A stretch of 64,000 nt of DNA, from the NCBI GenBank assembly GCA_030390025.1, contig JASTWF010000048.1, positions 682,001 through 746,000 of the forward strand. The letters run 5' to 3'. The position numbers and the translations under genes are program-made. A model generated the notes under the pieces. It did not search any database. It was not told the DNA's origin and worked only from the letters and a program-made list of their open reading frames with translations. Positions 26,211-38,895 of the stretch are shown here, piece after piece (within the stretch, counting starts at the first letter, position 1; each line of letters opens with the position of its first letter). The stretch comes from Squalus acanthias. Its lineage: Eukaryota.

Positions 26211-27241
26211 TAATAAGCTAGTATCATGACCATGAATCTACCGAACTGTCGAAAAAACTCATCTGGTTGAGTTAACTGCCCTCTTGCGGTTCAAGAATGC
26301 GGCTCACCACCACCTTTCTCAAGAACAATTCGGGATGGGCAATAAATGCCCGCCTTGCCAGCGACGCCCACATCCCATGAATGAAAAAACAAGCTCAATT
26401 ACATCTCCCATTAATATTCTCTGCTTTAAGGAGAATAATCCCAGCTTCCCTGGACTCTCCTAACTGACGTCATTCATCCCTGGTACCGTTCTGGTAAATC
26501 ATTCTTTACCTTCACTGAGGCGAACTACCCCATACACATAGGATATAATTCCTCTTAGAACTCTTAAACGTGTCACGAATGTTTGGCACTGTGCAAAGGC
26601 GAGATGCCTCCCCAGATATGTTTTTCACTGAGACACCTGCTTCCTGACGGCGGTTACAACATCTGTTGAAAACCGTTTACCCACTTCTCTGTCAGACTCT
26701 TGGCGCCTTTTGACGTGTTTTTTCAAAGAAACTAGAAGTTCAGCCCAGCGAAGAACTTAACCCTTTAATTCTCGTTTTGCAGATGGGAACTGAAAGCTGG
26801 ACTGCCTGAAACAAGAATGAACCTTGACCCAAAAATGATCCGCGTTTTACAGAATCATGGAATCGTACTCAGGGAGGCTACTCATTCAGTCCAGTCCGTG
26901 CCGACCCTTTGATAGACATATCCAATTAGTCACACATGAGACTTCTCCCACCCTCCTCCATCTTACACTATCAACATATTGCTTTCTCCCTCATGTGTTT
27001 ATCTCGCTTCCCCTTAAACGCATCTATATTACTTCCCTCAAAAACGCCTTGTGTTAGCAAATTCCACATTCTCACCACTCTCTGGGTAAAGAGGTTTCTC
27101 TCGAATTCCCTATTTGATTTATTACTGTCTTTCTTATACTTATGGACCCTAGTTTTGGCCTCTCCTATCCAATTATTCCCACACCCCTGCTCATTCCCCA
27201 CATCCCTGTTTTTTCCTCTTCAAGTTCATGTCCAATTCCCT

Positions 27242-29409
27242 TGTAAGATCTTAAATGATCACTGAGTTCTTGGACAAGACACCAATAGGCAGCAGCCAGT
27301 ATGTTTGAGCAATAGATGAAGATGTATTAAGCTTACAGCGTCATCAATACTGAACATTAGGCGATAGTTCTAACGAGTTTCTCGCGGCCCTTGGTCTTTG
27401 GAACCTCTTCGCCCCAGATTACGCCATCTTAAGTATGTTCCTCTGTTCTCGCTGTACCTCTGTGAGATATGTGGAACACTATTTGTTCCAGTCCTGCTCA
27501 GGTCCCCTCCCTCACCTCTTTTTCCGATACATTGATGACTGTATCGGTGCCGTTTCCTGCTCTCGCCCTGAACTAGATAATTTAATTCACTTTGCATCCA
27601 ATTTCCACCATTCCCTCACCTTCACATGGTCCATCTCCGACTCTTCCCTTCCCTTCCTCGGCTTCTCCGTCTCCATCTCTGTTGATAGGTTATTGACAAA
27701 CATTCACTACAAGCCCACTGACTCCCACAGCTACCTGGACTACAATTCCTCCCACCCCGCCTCCTGTCAGGACTCTATTCCATTCTCCCAGTTTCTCTTT
27801 CTCCGCTGCATCTGCTCTGACGATGCCACCTTCCATACCAGTGCTTCCGACATGTCTTCCTTTTTCCTCATACGAGGATTCCCCTCTACTGTGGTTGACA
27901 CGGCCCTCGACCGTGTCCGTTCTATCTCCCGCACTTCTGCCCTCACCACTGCCCCTCCCTCCCGGAACCACGATAGAGTTCCCCTTGTCCTCACCTTTCA
28001 CCCCACCAGCCTCCACATTCAACGGATCATCCTCCGATATTTGCACCACCTCCAGCGTGATCCCAACACCAAACGCATCTTCCCCTCATGTCCCCTTTCA
28101 GCATTCCGCAGGGACCGCTTCCTCCGCGACACCCTATTCCACTCCTCTATCGCCCCCAACACCCCTTCCCCTTCGCCCATCACCTTCCCTTGCAAGCGCA
28201 GGAGCTGCAGCACATGCCCTTATACCTCCCCACTTCCCACTGTCCAGGGCCCCAAACACCGCTTCCAGGTGAAACAGCGATTTACTTGTACTTCTTGCAA
28301 TTTAGTATACTGTATTCGCTGCTCACGATATTGTCTCCTCTACATTGCGGAGACCAAACGCAGATTGGGTGACCGCTTTATGGAACACCTCCATTCAGTC
28401 CTTAAGGGGGACCCCGAGTTTCTGCTCGCTGTCACATTAATTCGCCACTCCACTCCCACTCAGACCTCACCGTCCTCAGCCTCTTGCATTTTTTCTCGGG
28501 AACTCAGCGTGAGCTCGAGGAACAGTACCTCATCTTTCGATTAGGCACTTTAGATCCTTCTGGACTCAACATAGAGTTCAACAATTTCAGATCATAACCC
28601 CGGCCCCTATCATATATATATATTTTATCCACACTTTTGTTCTGTTCTACTCTCCCACATGGCAGTTATTTTTCTTTCTGCCAGCGCAATTTACACTTCA
28701 TCTATTGCCATCCTTTGTTTCTTAACCAGTCCGATTACCATCTCCTTTTGCCTTGAATATCTCTTAATGTTCTCAATGTCTCTTAAGCTCTCCTGCCTTC
28801 TATCCTATCACAGGCCTTCCCTTTTGTTATTTCATCCCCTCCCCCATTTCCCAGCTACTACACTTCCTTAAAACTCTGTTCCATTTCCTGCTGTTTTCCA
28901 GTTCTTACGAAAGGTCATCGACCTGAATCGTTAACTCTGTAAATTTGTTCTTTGAGTATCGAGGTTTTAACCCTTTTCTTATCAAAAGTTTGTTTCGCCA
29001 GTGTCAATATATGGTCTTTATCAAAATCACCTTTTCAATTTGTTCTAATGATCAAAATAGCATTGTCACTCAGACATCTTGGGCGCTCCTTTTTTTCAAT
29101 ACTTTTCCATCAACCCTATCCTTCTGCCTTGTTATCTTGTTTATAGTTTTTCACCCCATTGGATTTTTCCATCTCTCTTTCATTTCATCGCCTCCCTGGT
29201 ACAAGGCCTTTATACCAAGTTCTGTTTTCTATCAAAGCTTTGTCAAAACTGCTCTTGACTCTCCTTGCAGCTGCATCCTGAACAAGTCTTAGCTTTTTAG
29301 TTACCCAGGAGTAATTAACGGTAATATTATTTGGTCAATGGCTACACTTGAATTTATATGTATATGATTCTCGTCTACTAAATATCTCTAAATATCAGCC
29401 TTTCCTACA
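27242..29409. mobile_element. Putative solo LTR interrupted by Penelope
   Basis: Starts TGTAAGA, ends TCCTACA, 4-bp TSD CCCT; empty site aattccct|tgtgaaagtt in the other cassette copies. Confidence 0.65.
27464..28934 (+). mobile_element. Penelope-like retroelement fragment (RT + GIY-YIG)
   Basis: RYIDD RT motif, KPTDSHSYL, and NLVYCIRC..LYIAETKRRLGDRF.EH GIY-YIG motif; CTCTGT at both flanks. Confidence 0.88.
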
Positions 29410-30635
29410 CCCTTGTGAAAGTTACCAGTGAATCTGTCTCCAGCCTCCTTTCAGGCACTGCATTCCGTTCATAACATCTTGTTTGCATAAAAAACTGTCT
29501 CCTCACCTACCAGTTGGATGTTTTGCCAATTACCTTAAACCTGTGCCCTCTGGTCACCGATCCTGACGGCAGAGGAGTCAATTTCTCCTTGTCTACTCTA
29601 TCACAACCGCTCTTACATTTGAACACCTCTATTAAATCTCAACTTATCGTCTGTTTTGATTCCTTCTATGAAGTTGCTAAACTACCTTCGTTTCAAGCTG
29701 CTCACCATATAGAAATACTCTGATATATCCTTCTTCAGTCCTAAAGGATGATCTCACACTTGCCCACAATGAATCCATCTGTCACTATTTAGCTCACTCA
29801 TTTAATGTATCTACGTCCCCTTTGAAACAGACTTTACCCTTCTGCTCTGCTCACTGCCAATCAGAGAGAGACGGATTGGACTGTCAAACAGGATGATTGA
29901 GTCAGGGCTGCGAATCAGACAGCGCGTTGCAGGGCTGTCAGTCAGAGAGGGGAGGGGCGGAGCTGTCGATGAGAGACGGTGGCGAGCTGTCAATCAAAGA
30001 CGTCTCAGCAGTTGTCAATCAGAAAGAGAGGGTCGGGGCTGTCAATCAGAGAGGGGAGGGATGGATCTGTCAATCAGAAAGGGCGGGGCAGGGCTCGCAA
30101 TCAGAGAGTGAGGGGTGGTGCTGCAAATCAGCGGGGGTGACGAGTTGTCAGAGAGGGCTGGAGCGGAGCTGTCAATCAGAGAGGGGATTGGTGGAACTGT
30201 GAATATTTACATAGGGTTACATGGGATATACGGCACAGGAACAGGCTAAAGGAACCTCCTACCGTCTTTCCTCATCTAAATCGACCAGCAAATCTCTCTA
30301 TTTCCTTTACCCTCATATACTTGTCTTTCTTCCCCTTAAATGCATCATGCTATTCGCTTCAAACACTCCCTGTGGAATCAGAGAGATTAGGGGTGGTGCT
30401 GTTAATCAGAGATGGGAAGGGCGGTGCTGTCAATCAGACGGTGAGGATCGGGGCAGGGCTGTCAATCAGAGAGTGAGGGGCGAGGCATTGTATATTCAGT
30501 GTTTTCTTATGAATGATAGAGATCGTGGCGTTTACACGCGTTAGTCCGGCCTTTCAAACAGCAGTCTCATAGCTCCCATCGCTCGGCAGGTTATAGGCCG
30601 TGGGAGTTCCGCTCTCAGACACTCTCTCGCTGACC

Positions 30636-30684
30636 ATGCGGACTCGTCTCCTGTCCTGCACGTTGCAGCTGTTTCTATTGGCGG
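30636..30684 (+). CDS. TRBV: V leader exon (same family as 19897 and 58730)
   Basis: MRTRLLSCTLQLFLLA g|gtaaga. Pairing with V at 31465 is uncertain because an N-gap intervenes. Confidence 0.75.
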
Positions 30685-31464
30685 GTAAGAAAAGCGAGAG
30701 GCCGGTGTTCCATAGAGGCCTTTGGCTCTGGCGCAGACATGTATTAAAATCCTTCAAAAGAATTGTTCAATAATTAGCGAAGAAAGAAGGAAAAGGAGAA
30801 AGAAAGAAAGAAAGTCAATGAGGGAACAGCGTTGTGGGAATACATAGACTGTATCTGATCAGTGAAAAATAAAGAAGACAAATTGTGTTAAATACAGTCG
30901 GGATGGGATTATAGAGAACAGGGTTATTCCTGTATTGTTTAAACCAGTGANNNNNNNNNNNNNNNNNNNNNNNNNNNNNNNNNNNNNNNNNNNNNNNNNN
31001 NNNNNNNNNNNNNNNNNNNNNNNNNNNNNNNNNNNNNNNNNNNNNNNNNNNNNNNNNNNNNNNNNNNNNNNNNNNNNNNNNNNNNNNNNNNNNNNNNNNN
31101 NNNNNNNNNNNNNNNNNNNNNNNNNNNNNNNNNNNNNNNNCTCCCTCTGTCCTCTCTATCTTCAGTCTCTCTCTTCCCCTGTCTTAATCTCTAAATCTGC
31201 TTCGCTCTCACCATCGCTTTCCCTCTCTCTGCCTCTCTCCCATCTCTCACCCTCTCCCTCTTTCTCGCTGCGTCTCCTTCTCTCACCCTCGCTCCCTCTC
31301 TCTATACCTCTTCTTCGTTCACCCTCGCTCCCTCTCTCTATCCCTCTTCTTCTCTTTTCCTCGCTCGCACCCTATCTCTTCCGCTATCCATCCGTCATTC
31401 TCCCGCTATCTTAAAAGCGTTTGTAAAATGAGGAAATGTCCATTAACACCCGTGTCTTTTACAG

Positions 31465-31762
31465 GAGCGCAGTCCGAATCGGTTATCCAAAGGCCCAAAT
31501 TTCTCACCGGTTTCCAATCGGGCTCGGTGATTGTGACATGTTTTGTACCCAAAGACCATCCCAGAACCTACTGGTATCGACAGACTCCAAACCTGGTATG
31601 GGAGCTCCTGATCTACGCCTATCGTTTGAACACACCCGAGATATCCGAGGGGTTCAAAGGGCGAGTGTCTGCAGTCAGAGGAACGGACGATTCCTACCAC
31701 CTCAATCTGACCGAACTGCAACCCAGTGATACGTCTGTGTATTACTGCGCTAGCGATAGTAC
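31465..31762 (+). CDS. TRBV: TCR beta-like V segment, V exon (intact)
   Basis: Acceptor tttacag|. AQSESVIQRP..VIVTCFVP..TYWYRQTPNL..GFKGRVSAVR..DTSVYYCASDS. Confidence 0.92.
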
Positions 31763-31801
31763 CACAGCGGTACGAACACGGCGCGACTCGCTGCAAAAAC
31801 C
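31763..31801 (+). other. 23-RSS
   Basis: CACAGCG, 23 bp, GCAAAAACC. Confidence 0.9.
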
Positions 31802-34394
31802 TTTCTCAGATGGCGTTTGCTGTGTGAGACAGAGCTGGAAACTACAGCGGGTCATCGGCAGGAAATACACAGAGTAAACGAACAACTAAAGGTTTCAAAT
31901 CNNNNNNNNNNNNNNNNNNNNNNNNNNNNNNNNNNNNNNNNNNNNNNNNNNNNNNNNNNNNNNNNNNNNNNNNNNNNNNNNNNNNNNNNNNNNNNNNNNN
32001 NNNNNNNNNNNNNNNNNNNNNNNNNNNNNNNNNNNNNNNNNNNNNNNNNNNNNNNNNNNNNNNNNNNNNNNNNNNNNNNNNNNNTGTCTTTCATTCTGTC
32101 TGTCTGTCTATCTGTTTATCTGTCTATCTTTGAATGATTACAACTTGTTATTAATTAATTATAAAATGCTATATCAATGTATCCAATGTCCTTTGTTAGC
32201 AAATTATCTACATTTTAATCAGCAGGTTATGCGGTGGGGTAAATGAGTTAACGTCAGTGGAGAAAGTGTGGATGGTGGAATATGTGCAGGCGATATCCGT
32301 AACTTCCGATAGGCCAGTGAATTATTCCTGTTATTTCCGCTATTGCAATAGCGACGAGAGAGGCGCGCCTTATCACAGATCCGGGAATGATACATCACAG
32401 AAGGAGGGCATTCGATCCATCGTGCCTCTGCCAGCTCTTTGAAAATGCTATCAAATTTGTGCCATTCCCCTGCTCTATACCCTATCGGTCTGCAAAATTT
32501 TTTCCAGGAAATATTGATCCATTTCCCTTTGGAAAGTTACAATTGAATCTGCTTTCACCACCCTTTCAGGATGAGCATTTGAGATCATAATAAACTGCTG
32601 TGTAAAAAAAATGTCTCCGCATGTCACCTCTGCATGGACAGGTTGGGCCGAATGGCCTCTTTCTGTGCTGTATGTTCTATGTATTCCTATGGTTCTTTTA
32701 CCAATTACCTTATATCTGTATCCTTTGGTTACCGACACTCCTGCCAGTGGAAGCAATTTCTCACTATGTACTCGATCAAAACCCTTTATTATCTTGAACA
32801 AGGTGTATGGTAGCATATTGGTTATGTTGCTGAATGAGTAATGCAGTAAGTCTGGACTAAAGATGCCGAGACTCTGAGTTCAAATCCCACCACGGTAACA
32901 GGGGAATTTCAATTCACTTTCGTAAATAAATTTGGAATTAAAAAGCTAGTGGATTGTTGTAGAAGCCCATCTGGTTCAATTAACTGCCCTCTTGCGGATC
33001 AAGAAGGCAGCTCACCACCACATTTCTCAAGGACAATTAGAGATGGGCAATAAATGCCGGCCTTGTCAGCGACGCCCACATCCTATGAATGAAAAAAAAT
33101 TCACTATTACATCTCCCATTAACATTTTCTGCTTTACGGTGAACAATCCCAGCTTCCCGAATCTCTCATAACTGAAGCCCCTCATCCCTGGTACCATTCT
33201 GGTAAATCGCCTCTTAACCTTCACTAAGGCGAACAGCCCCATACACAAAGGAAATAATTCATCTTCGAACCCTTAAACGTGTCACGAATGTTTCATGCTG
33301 TACAAAGGCGAGATGCCTCCCCGGATATGTTTTTCACTGAGACACCTGCCTCCTGACGGCGATTACAAACTCTGTTGAAAACCTTTTACCCACTTCTGTA
33401 TCAGACTCTAGGCGCCTTTTGAAGTGTTTCTTCAAATGAATTAGAAGTTCAGCCAGCGAAGAATTTAACCCTTTAATTCTCGTTGAGCACATTGGAACAA
33501 AAAGCTGCACTGCCTGAAACAAGAGAGAACTTTGACCCAACAATGATCCGTGTTTTATAGAATCATAGAATCCTACTGCACAGAGGGAGGTCACTCGGTC
33601 AGTCCAGTCCGTGCCGGCTCTTTGAAAGAGCGATCCAATTAGCCGCCCACGAGTCTCCTCCCTCCCTTCTTCCTCTCACCCTGTCAACAAACCCTTCTAT
33701 TCCTTTACCCTCATGTGTTTATCGATCTTCCCCTTAAATGCATCTGTGTTATTTCCCTCAACCATTCCCTGTGGTAGCGAGTTCCACATTCTCACCACTC
33801 TGGGTAAACACATTTATCCTGAATTCCCTATTGGAATTATTCATGTATATCTTACCCATATGGCCCTTTGTTTTGGCCTCTCCTATCCAAATGTTCCAAC
33901 ACCCATGCTCATTCCCCGCAGCCCTGGTTTTATCCTCTTCAATTTTATGTACAATTCCCTTGTGAAATTTAACAATGAATCTGTCTGCAGCACCCTTTGA
34001 GGATGTGCTTTATCGATCATAACATCTTGCTGCATGAAAAACTGTCTCCTCATCTACCAGTTGGATTTTATGACAAATAACTTAAATCTGTGCCCTCTGG
34101 TCACCGACCCTGCCCGCAGAGGAATCCATTTCTCCGTGTCTACTCTGTCACAACCGCTCTGAAATTTGAATACCTCTATGAATTCACCCAATACCGTCTG
34201 TGTTGCATCATTCTATGAAGTTGCTAAACTGCCTAAGTAATGGGATGGTGGGTGGGTTTCGCAGGAAGTGATGTGTATATATCAATGATAACCGGATGTT
34301 CCTTATTTAAAGAAATACAGCAGAGAAACGGCCTTCAGACGTGGTATTGAGCTGCACTCGTTCACACAGCGATCCCGAGTCGAATGAATAAATC

Positions 34395-34443
34395 ATGTTT
34401 CATGAAGCTCATTACCTATTCTTGATAGCTGCATTAATCCCAC
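34395..34443 (+). CDS. TRBV: V leader exon (for V at 35183)
   Basis: MFHEAHYLFLIAALIP c|gtaagg; GGAAGTGATGTG and TATTTAAA upstream. Confidence 0.8.
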
Positions 34444-34589
34444 GTAAGGCAAAATAACAAACTTAAAAAATAATGTATTATAATGTGAGCTGTGTTTCAG
34501 TTGATTGCTTTCTTGCCACCGAGCCAGAATGCCGCGGATTCGAGTCTCACTACAGAAATTGAACAGCAAATCAAGGCTGACGCTCCCAG

Positions 34590-34860
34590 TGCCAGTGAAT
34601 AGGGAGTGCTGCAATGTCGGAGGGGCAGTAGTGAGGGAGTGCTACACTGTCGGAGGGGCAGTACTGAAGTTGTGCTGCAGTGTCGGAGAGGCAGTACTGA
34701 GGGAGCGCTGCACTGTCGGAGGGGCAGTACTGAGGGAGCGCTGAACTGTCGAAGGGTCACTACTGAATGTGGGCTGCAGTGTCGGAGAGGCAGTACTGAG
34801 GGGATGTTGCACCGTCGAAGGGGGAGTCCTGAGGTTGTGCCGCACTGTCGGAGGTTGCAT
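34590..34860 (+). repeat. 33-bp SINE-derived minisatellite in V intron
   Basis: Same unit as 2770-3720. Confidence 0.85.
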
Positions 34861-35182
34861 CAGTCGGATGTCAAGTTAATTAAAACTTCCCTCTCAGGTG
34901 GACGTATGTTAAACAATATTGATCCCGCAAACAGAACCTAAAAAAATACCCAGTTTTCACATTGCACTTCGTGGAATCTTGCTTTGTGAAAATTGACTGT
35001 CGTGATTACTACATTACAAGAGCGCATAAACTTAGAAAAGTTCTTCCTTGATTGTAAAATGCTTTGGGTCGTCCTGTGGTCGCGAAACATAGTGTAAAAA
35101 TGTATTTATGTCATTATATGTTGTCACTGTTCTATTCAATTATTGACGGAAATAAGAATGTAATCGATGTTCCTTTCGACAG

Positions 35183-35476
35183 GAATACTCGCCTCGTACG
35201 TGGAGCAGTCGCCTTCTGTCCTATCGATTGGAGCAGAAGAGTCGACCACGCTCAGATGTACGCTGACGAATACTGGCTATACCAACATGTTCTGGTACAG
35301 ACAACAACCCAACCGGGCATTAGAAGCCCTTTTCTCTTCTGCTGGCGAAGGTGATGCTAGGAAATCCACGTCCGAGTCCTTTAAGGCCGAAAGAAGCAGC
35401 ACTACGCTGTTTACTTTGGAACTGAGCGCCGCCTCTCCGTCTCACACCGCTGTCTATTACTGTGCTTGTAGTATCG
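35183..35476 (+). CDS. TRBV: TCR beta-like V segment, V exon (intact)
   Basis: ILASYVEQSP..TLRCTLTN..MFWYRQQPNRAL..FKAERS..FTLEL..HTAVYYCACSIA. Confidence 0.93.
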
Positions 35477-35515
35477 CACAGCGTTTGAGAAAGCGGCTGC
35501 CCAGCTACAAAAACC
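35477..35515 (+). other. 23-RSS
   Basis: CACAGCG, 23 bp, ACAAAAACC. Confidence 0.9.
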
Positions 35516-35549
35516 TGCTGCGGATGACTGGGAGTTCAGTGCTCATTTT

Positions 35550-35569
35550 CCGCCAGCAGGTGGCAGCAC
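35550..35569 (+). promoter_or_regulatory. CTCF-binding-motif match
   Basis: CCGCCAGCAGGTGGCAGCAC fits the CTCF core CCASYAGRKGGCRS, ~35 bp after the RSS nonamer. Confidence 0.65.
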
Positions 35570-36904
35570 TAGATGGAAGTTCAGTGCAAATTTTCTGCCG
35601 ACCAGATCATAGCATCATGGAATGATCCAGTACGGAAGGAGGCCATTCGAACCATCGTGACTGTACCGGCTCTTAGAAAGAGCTACCCAATTAGTCCCAC
35701 TTCCCCCTGCTCTTTCGCCATATTGCAAATTTTTCCATTCTCTTATATATTTAATTCCGTTTTTAAAGTTATTATTGAATCTGCTTCCACCGCTCTTTCA
35801 GACAATCTATTCACGATTATAACAACTTACTGCGTAAATAAAAAATCTGCTCATCTTCCCCTCTGATTCGTTTGCCAATTATTTTAAATCTGTGCCCTTT
35901 GTTTACCGTCCCTTCTGTCACTGGAAACAGTTTCTCCTTATTTAATCTAATCAAAGCTTATATGATTTTGAACACCGCTGTCAAATTTTCGCTTATGATT
36001 CTCTGCTCTAAGGAGAACAAATTCAACTTCTCCACTCTCTCCACCTAACCTAACTTTTGCATTCCTGGTGGCAGTCGAGAGAATCTCTTCTGCGCCCTCT
36101 CTGAGGATTTGACATTAATTTTGCTCCATTTAGTTCATATTGCAAATTGACAGCTCGATATGGAACTTCAGAGCTGACGTTTCGCCACCAGATGCCAGCT
36201 CGAGATCGATGTTCAGTGCTTATTTCCGCAACAAGTTGGCAGCACTTGTGTCATGCGCACCTTGACAAAGTTGTTACACGGTCGGGTCTTCTGTATGTGC
36301 GCTCGCGGCCTTTTTAATCGGCGTCGTTGGATGGAAGGATTGAGGCAGAACAGGTTTCAACACAGAGCAAGATTCAGCTCACGTTGCACAGTATCAGCGT
36401 TGGCTCAGTGGGTAGCACTTTCCTCTCTGAGTGAGAAGGCCGTGGCTTGAAGTTCAACGCCATCGGCTTGAGCCAATCATTCAGGATGACACTTCAGTGC
36501 CTATTCTAAGGCAGTGTCGCACTGTCGGAAGGGCAGTGCTGAAGGAGTGTTGCACGGTCGGAGGAGCCATCTTTAAATCGTCCGCCCTCTCGGGTGAACA
36601 AATAAGAAGAATGAAAGAAAGGCTTGCATTTCTATTGCACTGTTCAAGACGACAGGACGTCCCAAAGCGCATTACGGCCAAAGAAATACATTTGAAGTAT
36701 AGTCTGTTGTAACGTAGGAAACGTTTTAGTCAATTTTTGCACAGCAAGCTCCCACCAACAGCAATAAGATACATGATTCGTCAACCTTTTTAGTGATTTT
36801 GTTTGAGGATATATATTGGCCCACGAAATCGGGGATAATGCCCCTGCACATCCGCCAATAGTGTCCGTGGGCAGACGGGGCCTTGTTTTACGTCTCTTTC
36901 GAAA

Positions 36905-38130
36905 GAAGGCACCTCCGACAGTACAGCGCTCCCTCAGTACTACCCATCTGACAGTGCACGCACACTCAATACTGCGCCACCGACAGTGCAACGCTCCCTC
37001 AGAATTGCCCGTCCGACAGTACAGCGCTCCCTCAGTACTGCCCTTCTGAAAGTGGAGCACTCCATCAGTACTGACTTCTGACAGTGGTACGCTCGCTCAA
37101 TCCTGCCCCTCCGACATTTCAACACTCCCGCAGTACTGCCCGTCCGACAGTGAAACGTTCACTCAGTATTGCCTCTTCGAAAATGCAGCAGTCCCTCAGT
37201 ACTGCTCCTCTGAGAATGCAGTGCTCCCTCAGTACTGCCCCTCTGAATGTGCGGCGCTACCTCATTACTACCCCTCCAACAGTGAAGCCCTCCCTCAGTA
37301 CTGCCTCTCCGACAGTGCAGCACTCCCTCAGTACTGCCTCTGCGACAGTGCAACGCTCCGTCTGTATTGCCCCTTCCACAATGCAGCAATTCCTCAGGAC
37401 TGCCCATCCGACAGTGCAACAATCCCACAGTACTGGGCCTCCGAGAGCGCAGCCCTACCTCATTACTGCCCTTCGAACATTGCAGCCCTCCCTCAGTACT
37501 GCCTCTCCGACAATGCAGCGCTCCCTCAGTACTGCAGCTCCGAGAGTGCAACACTCCCGCAGTGCTACCCCTCCGACAGTGCAACGATCCCTCAGTACTG
37601 CCCCTCCGACAGTGCAAAACTCCTTCAGTACTTCCATTGCGACAGTGCAGCCATCCCTCAGTACTGCTCCTCTGACAGTGAAGCGCTCCCACATTACTGG
37701 CCCTCTGAGAGTGCAGATTTCCCTCAGTACTGTCCCTCTGACAGTGCAGCCACACCTCAGTACTGCCCCTCTGACAGTGCAGCACATCCTCAGTACTGCC
37801 CCACCGAGAGTGCAGTGCTCCCTCAGTACTGCCACTCCGACAGTGCAACGCTAACTCAATAATGCCCCTCCGATAGTGTAATGCTCCCTCAATACTTTCC
37901 CTGTGACAGTGCAGCGCTCCCTCAGTACAGACCGTCTGAGAGTGCAGCGCTCCCTCAGTATTGCCCCTCTGACAGTGAATCGTGCACTCAGTACTGACCC
38001 TCTGACAGTGCAGCGCTCCCTCAGTACTGCCCCTCTGACAGAGCAGCGCTTCCTCAGTACTGCCCCTCTGACAGTGCAGAGCTCCCTCAGTACTGCCTCT
38101 CCGACAGTGCAGAGCTCATTCAGTACGGGT
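36905..38130 (-). repeat. 33-bp SINE-derived minisatellite (inverted)
   Basis: CTCCCTCAGTACTGCCCCTCCGACAGTGCAGCG units. Confidence 0.9.
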
Positions 38131-38305
38131 GCGTGCAGTGTCGTCTTGAGTTATGTGCTTGTGTCTCTTATGTGGGCCTTCTGATTCATTTTCGACAGCA
38201 CTATCTGAGCCACGGCTGACACGTGACTTCAGTATATGACGCTTCAAATATAATCCGACACTCCGGCGGAGGAAGGACCATTCTGTCATTGTACCGGAAC
38301 TAAAC

Positions 38306-38354
38306 ATGCTTCGTCAAGTGTCTTATTTAATCTTGTCGATTGCTTTAATTTCTG
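38306..38354 (+). CDS. TRBV: V leader exon (for V at 38563)
   Basis: MLRQVSYLILSIALIS g|gtaagt. Confidence 0.85.
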
Positions 38355-38562
38355 GTAAGTTTAAACAATGCGCCAATCCACTAGCAGGAGTGTCGGTAAA
38401 CAGAGGACACAGTATGAATGTGACTGAGGAAAGAGCTTGTTGGTTGTGGGACTAATGGATAGCACTTTGAAAGAGCCGGTACAGGCAGTATGGACAGAAT
38501 GTCCTTCTTCTGCACTGTATCATTCTAACAAAACAAATCTAACTCTTTCCTCCATTTGACAG

Positions 38563-38856
38563 AAGTGTCTGCTTCGTTCGTTGAACAGTCACCGCAAACT
38601 GTGTCCGTTGGCTCAGGAAAATCGGTCGTAATGAGATGTATCCTGAGGAACACTAACTATCGCAACATGTACTGGTACCAACAATGGACAAGCCGGGAAC
38701 TCGTTGCTCTATTCCATTCAGCTGGAACCGACCACGTTTCAAATTATACCTCCGGACCGTTTAAAGCCCAGAGACCCAGCGACACCGAATTTACTCTGGA
38801 ACCCACCGGAGCCTCTCAGTCGGACACCGCCGTCTACTTCTGCGCGTGCAGTGATG
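38563..38856 (+). CDS. TRBV: TCR beta-like V segment, V exon (intact)
   Basis: VSASFVEQSP..VMRCILRN..MYWYQQWTSREL..FKAQRPSDTEFTL..DTAVYFCACSDA; same family as V at 35183. Confidence 0.93.
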
Positions 38857-38895
38857 CACGGCGTGTGAAAACACCACCTCTCTGTGACAAAAACT
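38857..38895 (+). other. 23-RSS
   Basis: CACGGCG, 23 bp, ACAAAAACT. Confidence 0.85.

Noticed and set aside
27435-28544. 369-aa ORF as a domesticated gene
   Set aside because: It is a 5'-truncated Penelope RT/GIY-YIG fragment that shifts frame at the C-terminus; the duplicate at 61.7-62.8 kb has a frameshift and a stop.
36905-38130. GACAGTG/CACTGTC in the 33-bp repeat as an array of RSS heptamers
   Set aside because: GACAGTG lacks the essential CAC, and I saw no nonamer at 12 or 23 bp spacing.
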